64,000 nucleotides of DNA from Candidatus Omnitrophota bacterium (GCA_043821445.1 JBDRCT010000010.1:566-64565); one strand, 5' to 3'. Counted from the first letter of the stretch, positions 29,923-41,512 are shown. The notes: generated by a model not told the origin, from the letters alone. Translations and numbers: made by a program.

Positions 29923-32541
29923 ATGAAAACAGCCACGAACGACCTGCGAAAAGCTTTCCTGGAATTTTTCAAATCCAAAGACCACACCGTGATGGCCAGC
30001 GACTCTCTGGTGCCCCAAAACGACCCCTCCTTGCTCTTCACGGGAGCAGGGATGAACCAGTTCAAGGAATACTTCCTGGGGGTCAAAAAGGACCTCAAAC
30101 GGGCCGCCACAAGCCAAAAATGCCTTAGGACGGGCGATCTTGACGAGGTGGGACGGACCCCCTTTCATCACTCATTCTTCGAAATGTTGGGTAATTTCTC
30201 GTTCGGCGATTATTTCAAGAAAGAGGCCATCGAATGGGCCTGGGAATTCCTGACTCAGACGCTTGCGATCCCCAAGGACCGGCTCCGCGTCACGGTCCAC
30301 GAGCAAGACAAAGAGGCCTACGAAATATGGCACAAGGTGATCGGCCTGCCCAAAGACTGGATCTTTCTTTGCGGTGACAAAACGAATTTCTGGCCTGCGA
30401 ACGCGCCCCAAAACGGCCCCAACGGTCCTTGCGGCCCATGCTCCGAGATCTACTTCGACCAGAACCCCAAGGTCCAGGGGACCCCGATCGACGATTCCGA
30501 AAAATTCGCGGAGATCTGGAACCTCGTCTTCACGCAATATGACCGCCGGGACGGCGGCAAACTCGTTCCGCTTGCCAATAAGAATATCGACACCGGGATG
30601 GGCCTTGAACGGCTTGCGTGCATCCTTCAGGGCAAGGCGTCCAATTTCGAGATCGATATTTTTCTGCCGATCCACGAAGCCATTCTCAAGGCTCTGGAAC
30701 TTGATCCTAAAACAGTGGGAACCCAACAACTTTATACGATCTCCGATCATTTGCGCGCCGTTGTTTTTTCCATCGCGGACGGCGTCGTACCGTCGAACGA
30801 AGGCCGCGGTTATGTGATCCGCAAACTGATCCGCCGTGCAATCTGGCAAGCGCACCCATGGATGCCGCGGAAAAAGATGACCCGGCCATTTCTCTTCAAG
30901 GCTGTTTCATCGGTCATCCAGGTCATGGGAGAGGCCTATCCCGAGCTCCTGGAAGCAGAAGAGAACATCCGCATGGTCCTTTCCCAGGAAGAAGAGCGTT
31001 TTCTGCGGACGCTGGAGGACGGGCTTCGTATTCTCAAAACACAACTTATAAATTATAAAGGAGCAGGACTGCAGACCGTCCCAGCGGAAACCGTTTTTGA
31101 ACTCTATGATACTTTCGGATTCCCGGAAGAATTGACACACGGCATCGCGGAGGCCGAAGGATTCGCGATCGATCACAAGGGGTTTGAAAAACTTATGGAA
31201 GACCAGCGCGCGCGCTCCAAGGAAGGCAGTAAGATCTCCGGCGACATTTTCGCTTCGTCGGGGCTGGACAAGATCCCGGATAACGTTCCAGCCACGATGT
31301 TCCTCGGTTATGAAGCTTTGGAATCCAAAGCCAAGATCCTCTGGCACCAGACCGAAGGGAAGCGGGCGACCGTCGTGCTCGACCAAACTCCTTTCTACGC
31401 GGAAAGCGGCGGCCAGGTCGGCGATCAGGGCGTGATCGAGGGCCAGGGACTGAAGCTTAAAGTCGTCGATACGAAAAAACTCGACAAATATTTTTTACAT
31501 CAGGCCGAGGTCCTTCAGGGCGCGGTCAAAGACGGCATGGCCGTGACGGCCGCTGTCGACAGTGCGATCCGCGAGGACATTATGCGGAACCATACCGCCA
31601 CACATCTTTTGCATGCCGCGCTCAGGACCGCGCTCGGAAGTTCCGTGCGCCAGCTAGGGTCGCTTGTGGCGTCCGACCGTTTACGCTTTGATTTTTCATT
31701 CGGCCGCGCCGTAACGCCCGAAGAACTCCGTAAGATCGAGAAGGCGGCAAATGTTCAGGTCCTGGCTGACCGTCCGGTCCAAAAAGAATCCAAAAGCCTG
31801 GAAGATGCCAAAAAGGAAGGCGCGTTGGCCTTCTTTGGGGACAAATACGAAGACAAGGTCCGGATGATCAGCATTCCGGAGTTCAGCAAAGAACTTTGCG
31901 GAGGCACTCATTGCGACCGCACGGGGCAGATCGGCCTGTTGCTCATCACCGGGGAATCTTCGGTGGCAAGCGGTGTCCGCCGTATTGAAGCCGTCACCGG
32001 CACACACGCCCTGAACTATGTGCGCGGATTACAGGATCAGATCTCCGGGATATCCAAAACACTGAAAGTCGGGACGGCGGACATTCCGGCCCGGATCGCG
32101 AAACTTATGGAAACCCTGAAGACCCAAAAAAAGCAAAGCGCTCAAGCTTCCACAAACCCCGCGGACATCCAAATGCTTCTGGGAAACGCCGCAAAGGCCG
32201 GTTCTTGCCGGATCCTTGTCGCAATGATCGAAGGCGCCGGGATCCCCGCGCTCCGGGACCTTTCCAACAAACTCCGTGAGGAGGAACACAAGCTTGTTTT
32301 TGTAGTGGCAGCCTCGCAGGAGGGGAAGCTCCATGTGATCCTCGGCCTGAGCGCCGACCTCCAGAAAACTCACTTGGACATGAAGGCCCTTTTTGGTAGG
32401 CTATCCGAACTGCTTGGCGTCAGCGGCGGCGGGCGGCCGGACCTGGTGCAGGCAGGCGGACCCGATCAAGGACAGTTCGCGGCCGCAAGACCCGAGGTCG
32501 AAGAGGCTGTCGCGGCTTATCTTAGGGAAAAAGGAATGTAA
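29923..32541 (+). CDS. alaS: alanine--tRNA ligase
   Basis: An 872 aa class II aaRS with the alaS N-terminal motifs (FTGAGMNQFK, HHSFFEMLGNFSFGDYFK) and the editing-domain HTATHLLH. Confidence 0.95.
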   Translation: MKTATNDLRKAFLEFFKSKDHTVMASDSLVPQNDPSLLFTGAGMNQFKEYFLGVKKDLKRAATSQKCLRTGDLDEVGRTPFHHSFFEMLGNFSFGDYFKKEAIEWAWEFLTQTLAIPKDRLRVTVHEQDKEAYEIWHKVIGLPKDWIFLCGDKTNFWPANAPQNGPNGPCGPCSEIYFDQNPKVQGTPIDDSEKFAEIWNLVFTQYDRRDGGKLVPLANKNIDTGMGLERLACILQGKASNFEIDIFLPIHEAILKALELDPKTVGTQQLYTISDHLRAVVFSIADGVVPSNEGRGYVIRKLIRRAIWQAHPWMPRKKMTRPFLFKAVSSVIQVMGEAYPELLEAEENIRMVLSQEEERFLRTLEDGLRILKTQLINYKGAGLQTVPAETVFELYDTFGFPEELTHGIAEAEGFAIDHKGFEKLMEDQRARSKEGSKISGDIFASSGLDKIPDNVPATMFLGYEALESKAKILWHQTEGKRATVVLDQTPFYAESGGQVGDQGVIEGQGLKLKVVDTKKLDKYFLHQAEVLQGAVKDGMAVTAAVDSAIREDIMRNHTATHLLHAALRTALGSSVRQLGSLVASDRLRFDFSFGRAVTPEELRKIEKAANVQVLADRPVQKESKSLEDAKKEGALAFFGDKYEDKVRMISIPEFSKELCGGTHCDRTGQIGLLLITGESSVASGVRRIEAVTGTHALNYVRGLQDQISGISKTLKVGTADIPARIAKLMETLKTQKKQSAQASTNPADIQMLLGNAAKAGSCRILVAMIEGAGIPALRDLSNKLREEEHKLVFVVAASQEGKLHVILGLSADLQKTHLDMKALFGRLSELLGVSGGGRPDLVQAGGPDQGQFAAARPEVEEAVAAYLREKGM

Positions 32542-32544
32542 TTC

Positions 32545-33810
32545 ATGCAAGTGCTCAATTGGGACAAACAAACGCAGAAAAAGATCCGGCGTGACTATTC
32601 CACGTTCTTTGATACGGCCATCTTTAAAAAGGTAAATCGCATCCTCTCTGAAGTGCGTCAGTCCGGGGACACGGCGCTTCGCCGCTACACCCGCGAATTC
32701 GACGGGATCGACCTTCCGCTCAAACGGCTCGCCGTCACCCAGGGAGACATCAACCGCGCGTTCGAGAAGATCCAGGTCCCGTTCGTCCCGCTCCTCAAGC
32801 AGATCACGGAAAATGTCCGCGAATATTACGAAAAAGAACTGAAGAAGTCGTTTGAGATCACGGGACCCAACGGCGTGCACCTCGGTAAGCGGTACGAACC
32901 GCTGGACCGGGTGGGGATCTACATCCCCGCAGGGACCGCACCGCTTGTTTCGACCGTCTACATGACCGTCATCCCCGCGAAGGTCGCGGGCGTGAAACAG
33001 ATCGCCATTGTGACGCCGCCTCGCCGCGACACCGGCGATATTGATCCTCATATCCTGGCGGTCGCAAATCTTTTGGGCGTGAATGAAATTTATCGCGTGG
33101 GCGGCGTCCAGGCCATCGGCGGGCTCGCGTTCGGCACCAAGACCATTCCCAAAGTCGATAAGATCGTCGGCCCGGGCAATGCCTATGTTACCGAGGCCAA
33201 ACGCCAGGTTTACGGCTTTGTGGATATCGATATGGTCGCCGGTCCGAGCGAAGTGGCCATCATCGCGGACGCGGACGCAAATCCGGATTTTCTCACCTGC
33301 GATCTTCTCGCCCAGACCGAACATCACGGCGGCATGGGATACCTCATCACCAATTCCAAAAAACTGGTCGAAGTCATGCGCAAGCGCGTAGACACCGGCA
33401 TCATCATCCAGGTCAAAACCATAGCGGAAGCCTGCGAAGTCGCCAACGAGATCGCGGCCGAACACCTAGAGATCATGACCGAGGAACCCGAAAAAGTGGC
33501 TCAATCGGTCCGCCATGCGGGCGCGATCTTCCTCGGGCCCTATTCGCCGACCGTGATCGGGGATTATATCGCGGGACCGAGCCACGTGCTCCCGACGGGC
33601 GGCACCGCGCGTTATTTCTCGCCGCTCAGCGCATCGACTTTCATCAAGAGCTCCCAGGTCATTTGCTATACTCCCGAGGCGCTGGAGGCCGCAAAGACGC
33701 ATGTCCAGAAACTGACGGACATGGAAGGCCTCTTCCTGCACCGTATCTCCCTGGAGGCACGCCTTATCAAAAAGAATGCAGAACTGGAAAAGGAATCCTT
33801 GCCCCGTTAG
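32545..33810 (+). CDS. hisD: histidinol dehydrogenase
   Basis: The hisD core is present (..AGPSEVAIIADADANP.., TEHHGG..). The terminal LPR-stop lies inside the repeat arm CCCCGTTAGAG. Confidence 0.9.
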   Translation: MQVLNWDKQTQKKIRRDYSTFFDTAIFKKVNRILSEVRQSGDTALRRYTREFDGIDLPLKRLAVTQGDINRAFEKIQVPFVPLLKQITENVREYYEKELKKSFEITGPNGVHLGKRYEPLDRVGIYIPAGTAPLVSTVYMTVIPAKVAGVKQIAIVTPPRRDTGDIDPHILAVANLLGVNEIYRVGGVQAIGGLAFGTKTIPKVDKIVGPGNAYVTEAKRQVYGFVDIDMVAGPSEVAIIADADANPDFLTCDLLAQTEHHGGMGYLITNSKKLVEVMRKRVDTGIIIQVKTIAEACEVANEIAAEHLEIMTEEPEKVAQSVRHAGAIFLGPYSPTVIGDYIAGPSHVLPTGGTARYFSPLSASTFIKSSQVICYTPEALEAAKTHVQKLTDMEGLFLHRISLEARLIKKNAELEKESLPR

Positions 33811-33901
33811 AGATTCATAGGACCGAACCAACGGGAAGAAATATCATTTTTGAAAGAATTATGACGGACCATTTTTAAAATACAGTTAATCTCTAACGGG
33901 G
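33802..33901. repeat. 100 bp element bounded by a perfect 14 bp inverted repeat CCCCGTTAGAGATT / AATCTCTAACGGGG (hisD-hisB junction)
   Basis: It shares the 11 bp core CCCCGTTAGAG with the fabD element. The left arm contains the hisD stop and the right arm ends 6 nt before the hisB ATG. Confidence 0.6.
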
Positions 33902-33907
33902 TAAATC

Positions 33908-34504
33908 ATGAAAGCTAGAAAGGCCGCGGTCAAACGCAAGACTTCCGAAACCGAAATTCAGATCGAGTTCACGGTGGATGGACAAGGATCGTCAAAGATC
34001 GATACCCGGATCCCGTTCCTCGACCACATGCTGACGCTCCTCGCTAAACACGGGCTCTTTGATCTCAAGCTCAAGGCGCGGGGAGACCTGGAAGTCGATA
34101 TCCATCACACCAATGAGGACATCGGGATCGTTCTCGGCCAGGCCCTGACGAAGGCTCTGGGGAACAAAAAGGGGATCTACCGCTACGGCTCTTTTGCCGT
34201 CCCGATGGACGAGGCGCTCGTTCGCGTCACGCTCGACATTTCCGGAAGACCTTCGTTTTATGTGACAAAAGCCAGGGGGGTGCATCTCTCCCGCCAGCCG
34301 AAGTACTCGTTCGATGACGCTGTCGATTTTCTGCGTTCCTTCTGCCAACACGCGGGCATCAACATGCACATCGGCGTCCTCGCAGGGGAAGACACGCATC
34401 ACATTATCGAAGGCATGTTCAAAGGGATCGCCAAGACCCTGGACATGGCGACCCGTCTCGATCCTCGCGTTCTTGGGATCCCCTCGACCAAGGGAAAGCT
34501 TTAA
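33908..34504 (+). CDS. hisB: imidazoleglycerol-phosphate dehydratase
   Basis: IDTRIPFLDHMLTLLAKHGLFDL, HHIIEGMFKGIAK. Confidence 0.9.
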   Translation: MKARKAAVKRKTSETEIQIEFTVDGQGSSKIDTRIPFLDHMLTLLAKHGLFDLKLKARGDLEVDIHHTNEDIGIVLGQALTKALGNKKGIYRYGSFAVPMDEALVRVTLDISGRPSFYVTKARGVHLSRQPKYSFDDAVDFLRSFCQHAGINMHIGVLAGEDTHHIIEGMFKGIAKTLDMATRLDPRVLGIPSTKGKL

Positions 34505-34588
34505 TGAACTATGAGTCTGGAGTTATGAGTCCGGGGCCAAGGCCAGTTATCTCATGACTCCGAACTGCGCACTCCGGACTAGCGCATC

Positions 34589-35194
34589 ATGATCGCCATT
34601 ATTGACTACGGCATGGGCAATCTCCGCAGCGTGTCCAAGGCCCTGGAGTATCTCGGCGCGTCCTGCAAACTTTGTTCCAGGGGAAAAGATCTTGCCCGCG
34701 CCACCAGGGTGATCCTTCCAGGGGTCGGCGCCTTCGGAGACGCGATGAAAGAACTTCATTCCCGCGGTTTCATCGGACCGATCCATGAACTTGTCGCCCG
34801 CAAGACAAAACTCATGGGTGTCTGTCTCGGTTTGCAGCTTTTTTTTGAAAAAAGCGAGGAGAACCCCGGTGTTAAAGGCCTCGGGGTGTTCAAAGGCTCG
34901 GTCCGGAAATTCCGTTCTACAAACGTCAAGGTCCCGCATATGGGCTGGAATGATCTCAAGGTCCTTAAAAAGCACCCGTTGCTCGAGGGGATTCCGAGCG
35001 GGGAGTATTTTTATTTTGTGCATTCGTTCTGCGGCAAGCCCGCGACCCGAAGCCTGACGCTCGCTTCTTGCACATATGGCCGGGAGGATTTTTCCGCCGT
35101 GATCGGCAATGACCACGTCTTTGCGACCCAGTTCCACCCTGAGAAGAGCCAGGAAGCGGGTCTGCGCATTCTCAAAAATTTTATCCGGTGGTGA
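34589..35194 (+). CDS. hisH: imidazole glycerol phosphate synthase, glutamine amidotransferase subunit
   Basis: MIAIIDYGMGNLRSV, GVCLGLQLFF, and a QFHPEKS triad region. Confidence 0.9.
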   Translation: MIAIIDYGMGNLRSVSKALEYLGASCKLCSRGKDLARATRVILPGVGAFGDAMKELHSRGFIGPIHELVARKTKLMGVCLGLQLFFEKSEENPGVKGLGVFKGSVRKFRSTNVKVPHMGWNDLKVLKKHPLLEGIPSGEYFYFVHSFCGKPATRSLTLASCTYGREDFSAVIGNDHVFATQFHPEKSQEAGLRILKNFIRW

Positions 35195-35198
35195 TGCC

Positions 35199-35918
35199 AT
35201 GAACCTCTATCCCGCGATCGATATTTATCAGGGCAAAGTCGTCCGTCTCACGCGAGGCGATTACAATGCCTGCACCGTTTATTCCGACGACCCCCCAGCG
35301 ACGGCCAAGACCTGGGAACAGGAGGGCGCCCGCTGGCTCCATGTCGTGGACCTCGAAGGCGCCAAAACAGGCGCGCTCACGTGCGAAACAGCGCTTGCCA
35401 CCATTTGCCGGAGCGTCAAGGCCAAGATCCAGTTCGGCGGCGGGCTGCGCAATCTCCAGGACATCGAAAAGATCCTCGCGCTGGGCGTCTCGCGCGTCGT
35501 GCTCGGCACCAAGGCGCTGGACAAGATCTTTCTGCAGGAAATGATCGCCAGATTCAAAGAAAAGATCGCCGTGGGACTGGACATTTACCTCGACCGGATC
35601 ATGACGGCCGGATGGCTGCGCAACGGGAATATCACGCTCCCGGAAGCCTTGAAGGTTTTCGATCAACTCGGCGTTGCGACCCTGATCTACACCGACATCG
35701 AAAAAGACGGCGTCCTGCAGGGCCCGAACTGGGAAAAACTTTCCATGGTGCTTACCCACACGAAATCGCAGGTCATTCTGTCGGGCGGGATCAGCCAGAT
35801 CTCCGATATCAAGAAGTGCCGCGCGATCAAGGCGCAGAATTTTGAGGGTGTGATCATCGGCAAAGCGCTTTACGACAAACGGTTCCAACTGTCCGAGGCC
35901 GTACGGCTCGCGGCATAA
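35199..35918 (+). CDS. hisA: 1-(5-phosphoribosyl)-5-[(5-phosphoribosylamino)methylideneamino]imidazole-4-carboxamide isomerase
   Basis: MNLYPAIDIYQGKVVRL. The internal ATG at 35199 is used. Confidence 0.9.
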   Translation: MNLYPAIDIYQGKVVRLTRGDYNACTVYSDDPPATAKTWEQEGARWLHVVDLEGAKTGALTCETALATICRSVKAKIQFGGGLRNLQDIEKILALGVSRVVLGTKALDKIFLQEMIARFKEKIAVGLDIYLDRIMTAGWLRNGNITLPEALKVFDQLGVATLIYTDIEKDGVLQGPNWEKLSMVLTHTKSQVILSGGISQISDIKKCRAIKAQNFEGVIIGKALYDKRFQLSEAVRLAA

Positions 35919-35936
35919 AAGGGAGCAAGCAATCCT

Positions 35937-36341
35937 ATGGGAAACCTCACGAACCTTTGGAATACGGTCCTCACCCAGCGAACCTGGTCCTGGGCCCTGG
36001 TCGGCATCGGGTATCTCCTCGTTTTTCTTTTAGTGAGAAGTTTTTTTCTTCACGTCCTTATCCGGCGTGCTCGGGCCCTCAACTCCAAGTGGTATCATGA
36101 GATCAAAAAGGTCTACATGAAAAAATGCATTCCCGGATGGATCCTTTTTCTCGTCTCATTTCTGATCCTGATCTTTTTCTGGCAGACCGCGAACTTCAAG
36201 CAGGCCTCGCTCTACGAGGTCGGCATGGTTTTCCTGATCATTCTGACCGTTCTCTTTGCCATCATGTCCCATCTGATCGCATTCGGCGTTTCCACGCTCC
36301 ACGTCCTTAAGCAGATCGAAAACAACCAAATGACCCTCTGA
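35937..36341 (+). CDS. hypothetical small membrane protein (3 predicted TM helices) embedded in the his operon
   Basis: A 134 aa ORF with three hydrophobic helices is packed tightly between hisA and hisF. I recognise no family. Confidence 0.55.
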   Translation: MGNLTNLWNTVLTQRTWSWALVGIGYLLVFLLVRSFFLHVLIRRARALNSKWYHEIKKVYMKKCIPGWILFLVSFLILIFFWQTANFKQASLYEVGMVFLIILTVLFAIMSHLIAFGVSTLHVLKQIENNQMTL

Positions 36342-36345
36342 TCCC

Positions 36346-37104
36346 ATGTTCGCCAGGCGTATTATTCCATGTCTTGATATTGACCGCGGCAGGGTCGTCA
36401 AAGGCGTCAAGTTCGTGTCCTTAAAAGACGCCGGCGATCCCGTGTCGTGCGCGCAGGCCTATGACAAGCAGAAAGCCGATGAGCTGGTTTTCCTCGATAT
36501 CACGGCCTCGCACGAAAAGCGGCGCACCATGATCCAAGTGGCCGAAAAAGTGGCCGCCTCGATCTTTATCCCGTTCACGGTGGGTGGCGGCATTAACAAC
36601 GTCCGGGATATCCGCGAGCTCCTCGCCACGGGCTGTGATAAGGTGTCCATCAATACAAGCGCGATCAAGGATCCGAAGTTCATCCTGGAAGCCAGCCGGC
36701 GGTTCGGCAGCCAGTGCATCGTGGTCGCGATCGATGCGAAACGCGAAGCCAAGGACCGTTGGGGCGTCTACACGCACGGCGGAAGAAACCCCGCGGGCCT
36801 CGATGCTATCCAATGGGCAAAAAAAGCCGCGAAGCTCGGAGCGGGGGAGATCCTCCTCACCAGCATGGACTGCGACGGCACGAAGGACGGCTACGATCTT
36901 GAGCTCACGCGCCGTGTCTCCGAATCGGTCCCCATTCCGGTCATCGCTTCGGGCGGGGCCGGGAATTTGAACCACCTTTATGAAGCCTTCAGCACCGGCA
37001 AAGCCGATGCCTGCCTCGCGGCCTCCATCTTCCACTTCGGTGAGTTCACCATTCCCGAGACCAAAGCATTTCTCCGGGCCAAGGGCATTCCCGTCCGCTT
37101 GTGA
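36346..37104 (+). CDS. hisF: imidazole glycerol phosphate synthase cyclase subunit
   Basis: [30 protein letters not shown]. Confidence 0.95.
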   Translation: MFARRIIPCLDIDRGRVVKGVKFVSLKDAGDPVSCAQAYDKQKADELVFLDITASHEKRRTMIQVAEKVAASIFIPFTVGGGINNVRDIRELLATGCDKVSINTSAIKDPKFILEASRRFGSQCIVVAIDAKREAKDRWGVYTHGGRNPAGLDAIQWAKKAAKLGAGEILLTSMDCDGTKDGYDLELTRRVSESVPIPVIASGGAGNLNHLYEAFSTGKADACLAASIFHFGEFTIPETKAFLRAKGIPVRL

Positions 37105-37916
37105 TCCCGTTCATCCCGAAGAAAATATCCTTTGTCCTTGCCGTTTTTTTTCTCGGCGGGTGTGCTTCTCTGACCCGGGCGCCCGAAGAAAAACTGAATG
37201 TCGAGAAACTGACCCCGGAGCACATCGTGAAGGTCCAAACACTTGTCGCGAAACTCGAGCCGTTCATCATGGAGAAGGACCGGAAGGGGGGACTCCCTTC
37301 GCTCACTTTCAAAAAACTGGAATCACCTTTGAATTCCGGGGAAAAACGGTTCCTGCGTTTATTCCGGGACCTTAAGCCCGGGGAGGCCGGCGTCAAGATC
37401 CCGTTCCGCGGATTTTCGCAAGGAGAAAAAGATCTGGTACGGATGGACGGACAGAAGATCCGGGTGAAGGGAGAAGAAAACGATATCCCTCCGCAATTCC
37501 TGAGCCGCCCGGTCTACAACGCTTTGCAGTTCATGATGAGCGACATGGAAAGCGAAACCGGAAAGCGGCTTTACGTCGAATCCGGGTACCGCTCAAGCGC
37601 TCATCAGCTTTATCTTTTTGTCTATTATCTTGCCAATCACGACTATTCCGCCCGCGAGACGGCGAAATGGGTCACGTTGCCCGGCTACAGCGAGCACGGG
37701 GACCCCCAACATTTGGCGGTCGATTTCATCAACTCCGAGGGCATTAATGGTGAAAAAAATGCCGCCGAATTTGAGGCCCTGCCGGAATATCAATGGCTCC
37801 TCAAGAATGCCGGCCGCTTCGGATTCGTTCTGTCCTATCCCAAGAATGCCGGGGTGGGGATCACCTACGAGCCCTGGCACTGGCGCTACGACGGCGATTC
37901 GCAGCTTCCAAAGTAA
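37101..37916 (+). CDS. lipoprotein, M15-family (VanY-like) D-Ala-D-Ala carboxypeptidase-type zinc peptidase
   Basis: The GTG start overlaps the hisF stop. The signal peptide carries a lipobox (FLGGC). [18 protein letters not shown] and EPWHWRY match the M15/VanY metal-binding pattern. Confidence 0.7.
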   Translation: MIPFIPKKISFVLAVFFLGGCASLTRAPEEKLNVEKLTPEHIVKVQTLVAKLEPFIMEKDRKGGLPSLTFKKLESPLNSGEKRFLRLFRDLKPGEAGVKIPFRGFSQGEKDLVRMDGQKIRVKGEENDIPPQFLSRPVYNALQFMMSDMESETGKRLYVESGYRSSAHQLYLFVYYLANHDYSARETAKWVTLPGYSEHGDPQHLAVDFINSEGINGEKNAAEFEALPEYQWLLKNAGRFGFVLSYPKNAGVGITYEPWHWRYDGDSQLPK

Positions 37917-38055
37917 AACAAACTCCAATGCGTGGATGTGGCCGCAAAGTGTATCCCCTTGACACATCATTCATTTGTGGCATACTCGACGGCGTTTCAG
38001 TAAAGCTGCCTGTTTTTTTGCCGTAACTCTAGTGTTCAAGGGAGAATACATAACA

Positions 38056-38436
38056 ATGGAAGATCTCAAATTTAACGATCAGGGACTTTTGCCGGTCATT
38101 ATCCAGGACGCCCAATCGGGTGAAGTGCTCATGCTGGCTTACATGGACAAAGTCGCCGTGGAGCGCACCCTCAAAGAGAAACACACGGTTTTTTATTCCC
38201 GGTCCCGCAATAAATACTGGGTGAAAGGCGAGGAGTCCGGCCACACTCAAAGCGTCGTGCAGGTGCTCACGGACTGCGACCAAGACACGCTCCTGGTCCG
38301 TGTGACCCAAAATAAGGGCGGGGCGTGCCACCTCGGTTACCGGACCTGTTTTGTCCACGAGATGAACGAGCAGGGTGACGTCGTAAGGATCACGCAAGAA
38401 AAGGTCTTTGACCCGGAAAAAATTTACAAAAAATGA
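38056..38436 (+). CDS. hisI: phosphoribosyl-AMP cyclohydrolase
   Basis: LLPVIIQDAQSGEVLMLAYM, CDQDTLLVRV, GGACHLGYRTCF. Confidence 0.9.
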   Translation: MEDLKFNDQGLLPVIIQDAQSGEVLMLAYMDKVAVERTLKEKHTVFYSRSRNKYWVKGEESGHTQSVVQVLTDCDQDTLLVRVTQNKGGACHLGYRTCFVHEMNEQGDVVRITQEKVFDPEKIYKK

Positions 38437-39905
38437 TCGCCCCCGACATTATCACCTTCAAAAAACTGTCCCGGAAAGGAAACGTGGTCGCTCTGTCCGA
38501 GACGTTTCCCGCCGATCTGGAGACCCCGGTCTCCAGTTTCCTGAAGATCAGCCGGAACGCGCGCCACGCATTTCTTCTGGAGTCCGCGGAGCAGGAAGAG
38601 AAGATCGGACGTTTTTCTTTCCTGGGGATCGAACCCGCCGCCGTATACGAGTCCTCCGGAAAAAATGTCACGGTCACGACAAAAGGAACGAAGCGGGTCC
38701 TGGAAGGTTCCCGGCTTTTGGATGTGATCGAGGCGGAACTTGCCACGCTCCAATTGGCCAACCCGGAGGCCTTCCCGGGGTTCCGGGGCGGCTTCGTGGG
38801 TTATCTTTCCTATGAGAATGTCCGCGATTTCGAGACCATCCGGCTTTCCAAGAAAAAAGGGCCGGGGTTCCCGCTCGGCATTTTTTTCCGCGTCGAGGAT
38901 TTTCTCGTATTCGACCATTTCCGTAAAACGCTTTCGATCGTCATTCTCGTGGACCTGAAGAAATTCAGGACCCCGGAAACCGCTTACATGAACGCCCTCC
39001 GGCAGATGGCGAAATACAAAAGTCTTCTTCAGAAACCGCTGCGGGTGCCCGTGATGACAAGGACCGCGTCCCTGCCCGAGGTCCGGTCGAACATGTCGCG
39101 CAAGGACTACGAATCCAAGGTCCGGCGCATCAAGGAATACATCCGCGCCGGAGATTGCATCCAGGTCGTCTTGTCACAACGTTTTCAACTCGCGCACCAC
39201 GGCCACGATTTTCAGATCTACCGCTCCCTGCGTTCGATCAACCCCTCGCCTTATATGTTCTATTTCCGGAGCGGCGCGTTCCGGCTGATCGGTTCCTCGC
39301 CCGAGATGCTCGTCAAAAAAACAAAACGCCAGGCGGAGGTGCGTCCCATTGCCGGCACGCGCCCGCGCGGACTGACGGAGTCCCAGGACATGCAATATGA
39401 AAAACAGCTCCGCTCTTCGGTGAAGGAAATGGCGGAGCACCTGATGCTCGTCGATCTCGGCCGCAACGACCTCGGCCGCGTCTCGGACTTCCGGTCGGTC
39501 AAGGTCGAGCGTTTCGCTTTCGTCGAGCGTTATTCCCACGTCATGCATTTGGTCAGCCGGGTCCACAGCCGGCTCAAGGCGGGGAAGTCGGCCATGGACC
39601 TCTTGCGCGCGACCTTTCCGGCCGGCACCCTTTCCGGAGCACCCAAGGTGCGGGCCATGCAGATCATCGACGAGCTCGAGCCCGAGGCGCGCGGTCCCTA
39701 CGGCGGCTGTCTCGGCTATTTTGGCTTTGACGGGGACATGGACATGTGCATCACGATCCGGACGCTCATGCTTCACAAGAACAAGATCTTCCTCCAGGCC
39801 GGCGCCGGGATCGTCAAAGATTCGGACCCGGGGCGGGAATACGAGGAAACGGTCAATAAATCCAGAGCGCTTTTGAAAGCCATCGAGGAGAGATTTCTTT
39901 TTTAA
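38433..39905 (+). CDS. trpE: anthranilate synthase component I
   Basis: [14 protein letters not shown], and [12 protein letters not shown] in the chorismate-binding C-terminus. Confidence 0.9.
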   Translation: MIAPDIITFKKLSRKGNVVALSETFPADLETPVSSFLKISRNARHAFLLESAEQEEKIGRFSFLGIEPAAVYESSGKNVTVTTKGTKRVLEGSRLLDVIEAELATLQLANPEAFPGFRGGFVGYLSYENVRDFETIRLSKKKGPGFPLGIFFRVEDFLVFDHFRKTLSIVILVDLKKFRTPETAYMNALRQMAKYKSLLQKPLRVPVMTRTASLPEVRSNMSRKDYESKVRRIKEYIRAGDCIQVVLSQRFQLAHHGHDFQIYRSLRSINPSPYMFYFRSGAFRLIGSSPEMLVKKTKRQAEVRPIAGTRPRGLTESQDMQYEKQLRSSVKEMAEHLMLVDLGRNDLGRVSDFRSVKVERFAFVERYSHVMHLVSRVHSRLKAGKSAMDLLRATFPAGTLSGAPKVRAMQIIDELEPEARGPYGGCLGYFGFDGDMDMCITIRTLMLHKNKIFLQAGAGIVKDSDPGREYEETVNKSRALLKAIEERFLF

Positions 39906-39922
39906 TACGGAGAACGGTACTG

Positions 39923-40492
39923 ATGCTTCTGGTCATCGATAACTACGATTCCTTCACCTACAATCTGGTGCAATACCTCGGGGAACTCGGCGCGGACCCG
40001 CGCGTCTGGCGTAACGACGAGATCACGATCGCGAAGATCAAGCGCCTGCATCCCAAACGCATCGTCATCTCCCCGGGACCCAAGACCCCCAAAGAAGCGG
40101 GGATCTCCTGTGAAGTGATCCGGACCTTCAGCGGCAAGGTCCCGATCCTCGGCGTCTGCCTGGGCCACCAGTCGATCGGCCACGTGTTCGGCGGCAAGGT
40201 CATCCGTGCGCCCAACATCATGCACGGCAAGACTTCCAAGATCTATCACGACAAGGACCCTTTGTTCAAAGGCATCCCGGACCCGTTCGTCGCGACCCGT
40301 TATCATTCGCTTCTTGTCGAAAAAAAGTCCCTGCCGGACACGCTCAAGATCACGGCCTGGACCCGGGAGCAGGAGATCATGGGGCTCAAGCACAGGACCC
40401 ACCCGACGTGGGGCGTTCAATTCCATCCGGAATCCATCATGACCGCCTCCGGCATGCAGATCCTGAAAAATTTTTTAGGGCTTTCCAAGTGA
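39923..40492 (+). CDS. trpG: anthranilate synthase component II (glutamine amidotransferase)
   Basis: [33 protein letters not shown]. Confidence 0.9.
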   Translation: MLLVIDNYDSFTYNLVQYLGELGADPRVWRNDEITIAKIKRLHPKRIVISPGPKTPKEAGISCEVIRTFSGKVPILGVCLGHQSIGHVFGGKVIRAPNIMHGKTSKIYHDKDPLFKGIPDPFVATRYHSLLVEKKSLPDTLKITAWTREQEIMGLKHRTHPTWGVQFHPESIMTASGMQILKNFLGLSK

Positions 40493-41511
40493 CGGAAAGA
40501 CCTTTGGGGCCACTTTTGACGAAGCTCCTCCGGGGGACGGACTTGACCGTTTCCGAATCCCGTGAATTCTTCCGCCTGCTTTTCACGGGCGCCGTCCCTT
40601 TTACGAAAGCCAAAAGCTTTCTGCTTCTGCTCGCTAAAAAAGGGGAAACGGCGGACGAGCTCCTCGGTTGTCTGGGGGCGCTCCGGGCCCTGGAAAAACC
40701 GGTCGGGCCCAAGATCCCGGGACTCATGGACACTTGCGGCACCGGAGGTGACGGCCGGAAAACGCTCAACATTTCCACCCTGGTGGCCCTCGTCATCGCG
40801 GGCGCGGGCGGGAAGATCGCCAAGCACGGTAATCGGGCCATCTCCTCCAAGTCCGGAAGCTCCGACCTCATGGAAGCCTTCGGCGTCAAACTCGACGCGG
40901 CCCCACGGAAAATGATCGCTGCGGTCCGACGCCACGGCCTCGGGTATTTTCACGCGCCTTTTTTTCATCCCGTCTTCGCGAAGATGCAGCCCTTGCGCCG
41001 GTCCCTGAAGCGGCCGACCATGCTGAACCTGCTTGGACCTTTGGTGAACCCGATGCGTCTGGACCACCAGCTCGTGGGCGTTTCCGGAAAAGATCGGGTC
41101 CCGCTTTACGCCAAAGTCCTTTCAAAATTGGGCCGGAAAACCGCGCTCGTTTGCCACAGCGACGACGGCATGGACGAGATCTCGACTTCGGTCCCGACCA
41201 CGGTCGCTTGGGTGACGCCGGGCAAAGTGCGGATGTCGGTGATACGGCCCGCAGCCTACGGCCTCAGGAAAGCGTCCGTGAAAGATCTTGCGGTCGATTC
41301 GGTCAAAAAAAGCAAGCTCCGGGCCCAAAAGATCCTGGCCGGAAAAGAAAAAGGGCCCGCGCGCGACACGGTCGTCCTGAACGCCGCCTTCGGGCTTCTC
41401 CTTTGCGGCACGGCGCGTTCCGTCGAAGAGGGCATTACCCTTGCGAGAAAGTCCATCGATTCCGGCAAAGCCCTGAAGGTCCTGGAACAACTTAGGCGAA
41501 TGTCGAACTGA
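40489..41511 (+). CDS. trpD: anthranilate phosphoribosyltransferase
   Basis: [24 protein letters not shown]. The GTG start at 40489 overlaps the trpG stop as GTGA. Confidence 0.85.
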   Translation: MTERPLGPLLTKLLRGTDLTVSESREFFRLLFTGAVPFTKAKSFLLLLAKKGETADELLGCLGALRALEKPVGPKIPGLMDTCGTGGDGRKTLNISTLVALVIAGAGGKIAKHGNRAISSKSGSSDLMEAFGVKLDAAPRKMIAAVRRHGLGYFHAPFFHPVFAKMQPLRRSLKRPTMLNLLGPLVNPMRLDHQLVGVSGKDRVPLYAKVLSKLGRKTALVCHSDDGMDEISTSVPTTVAWVTPGKVRMSVIRPAAYGLRKASVKDLAVDSVKKSKLRAQKILAGKEKGPARDTVVLNAAFGLLLCGTARSVEEGITLARKSIDSGKALKVLEQLRRMSN

Positions 41512-41512
41512 T

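Noticed and set aside
35109-35198. Upstream extension of hisA from the track start (MTTSLRPSS...)
   Set aside because: The extension overlaps the hisH 3' end in another frame and has no RBS. The conserved HisA N-terminus MNLYPAIDIY begins at ATG 35199, right after the hisH stop.
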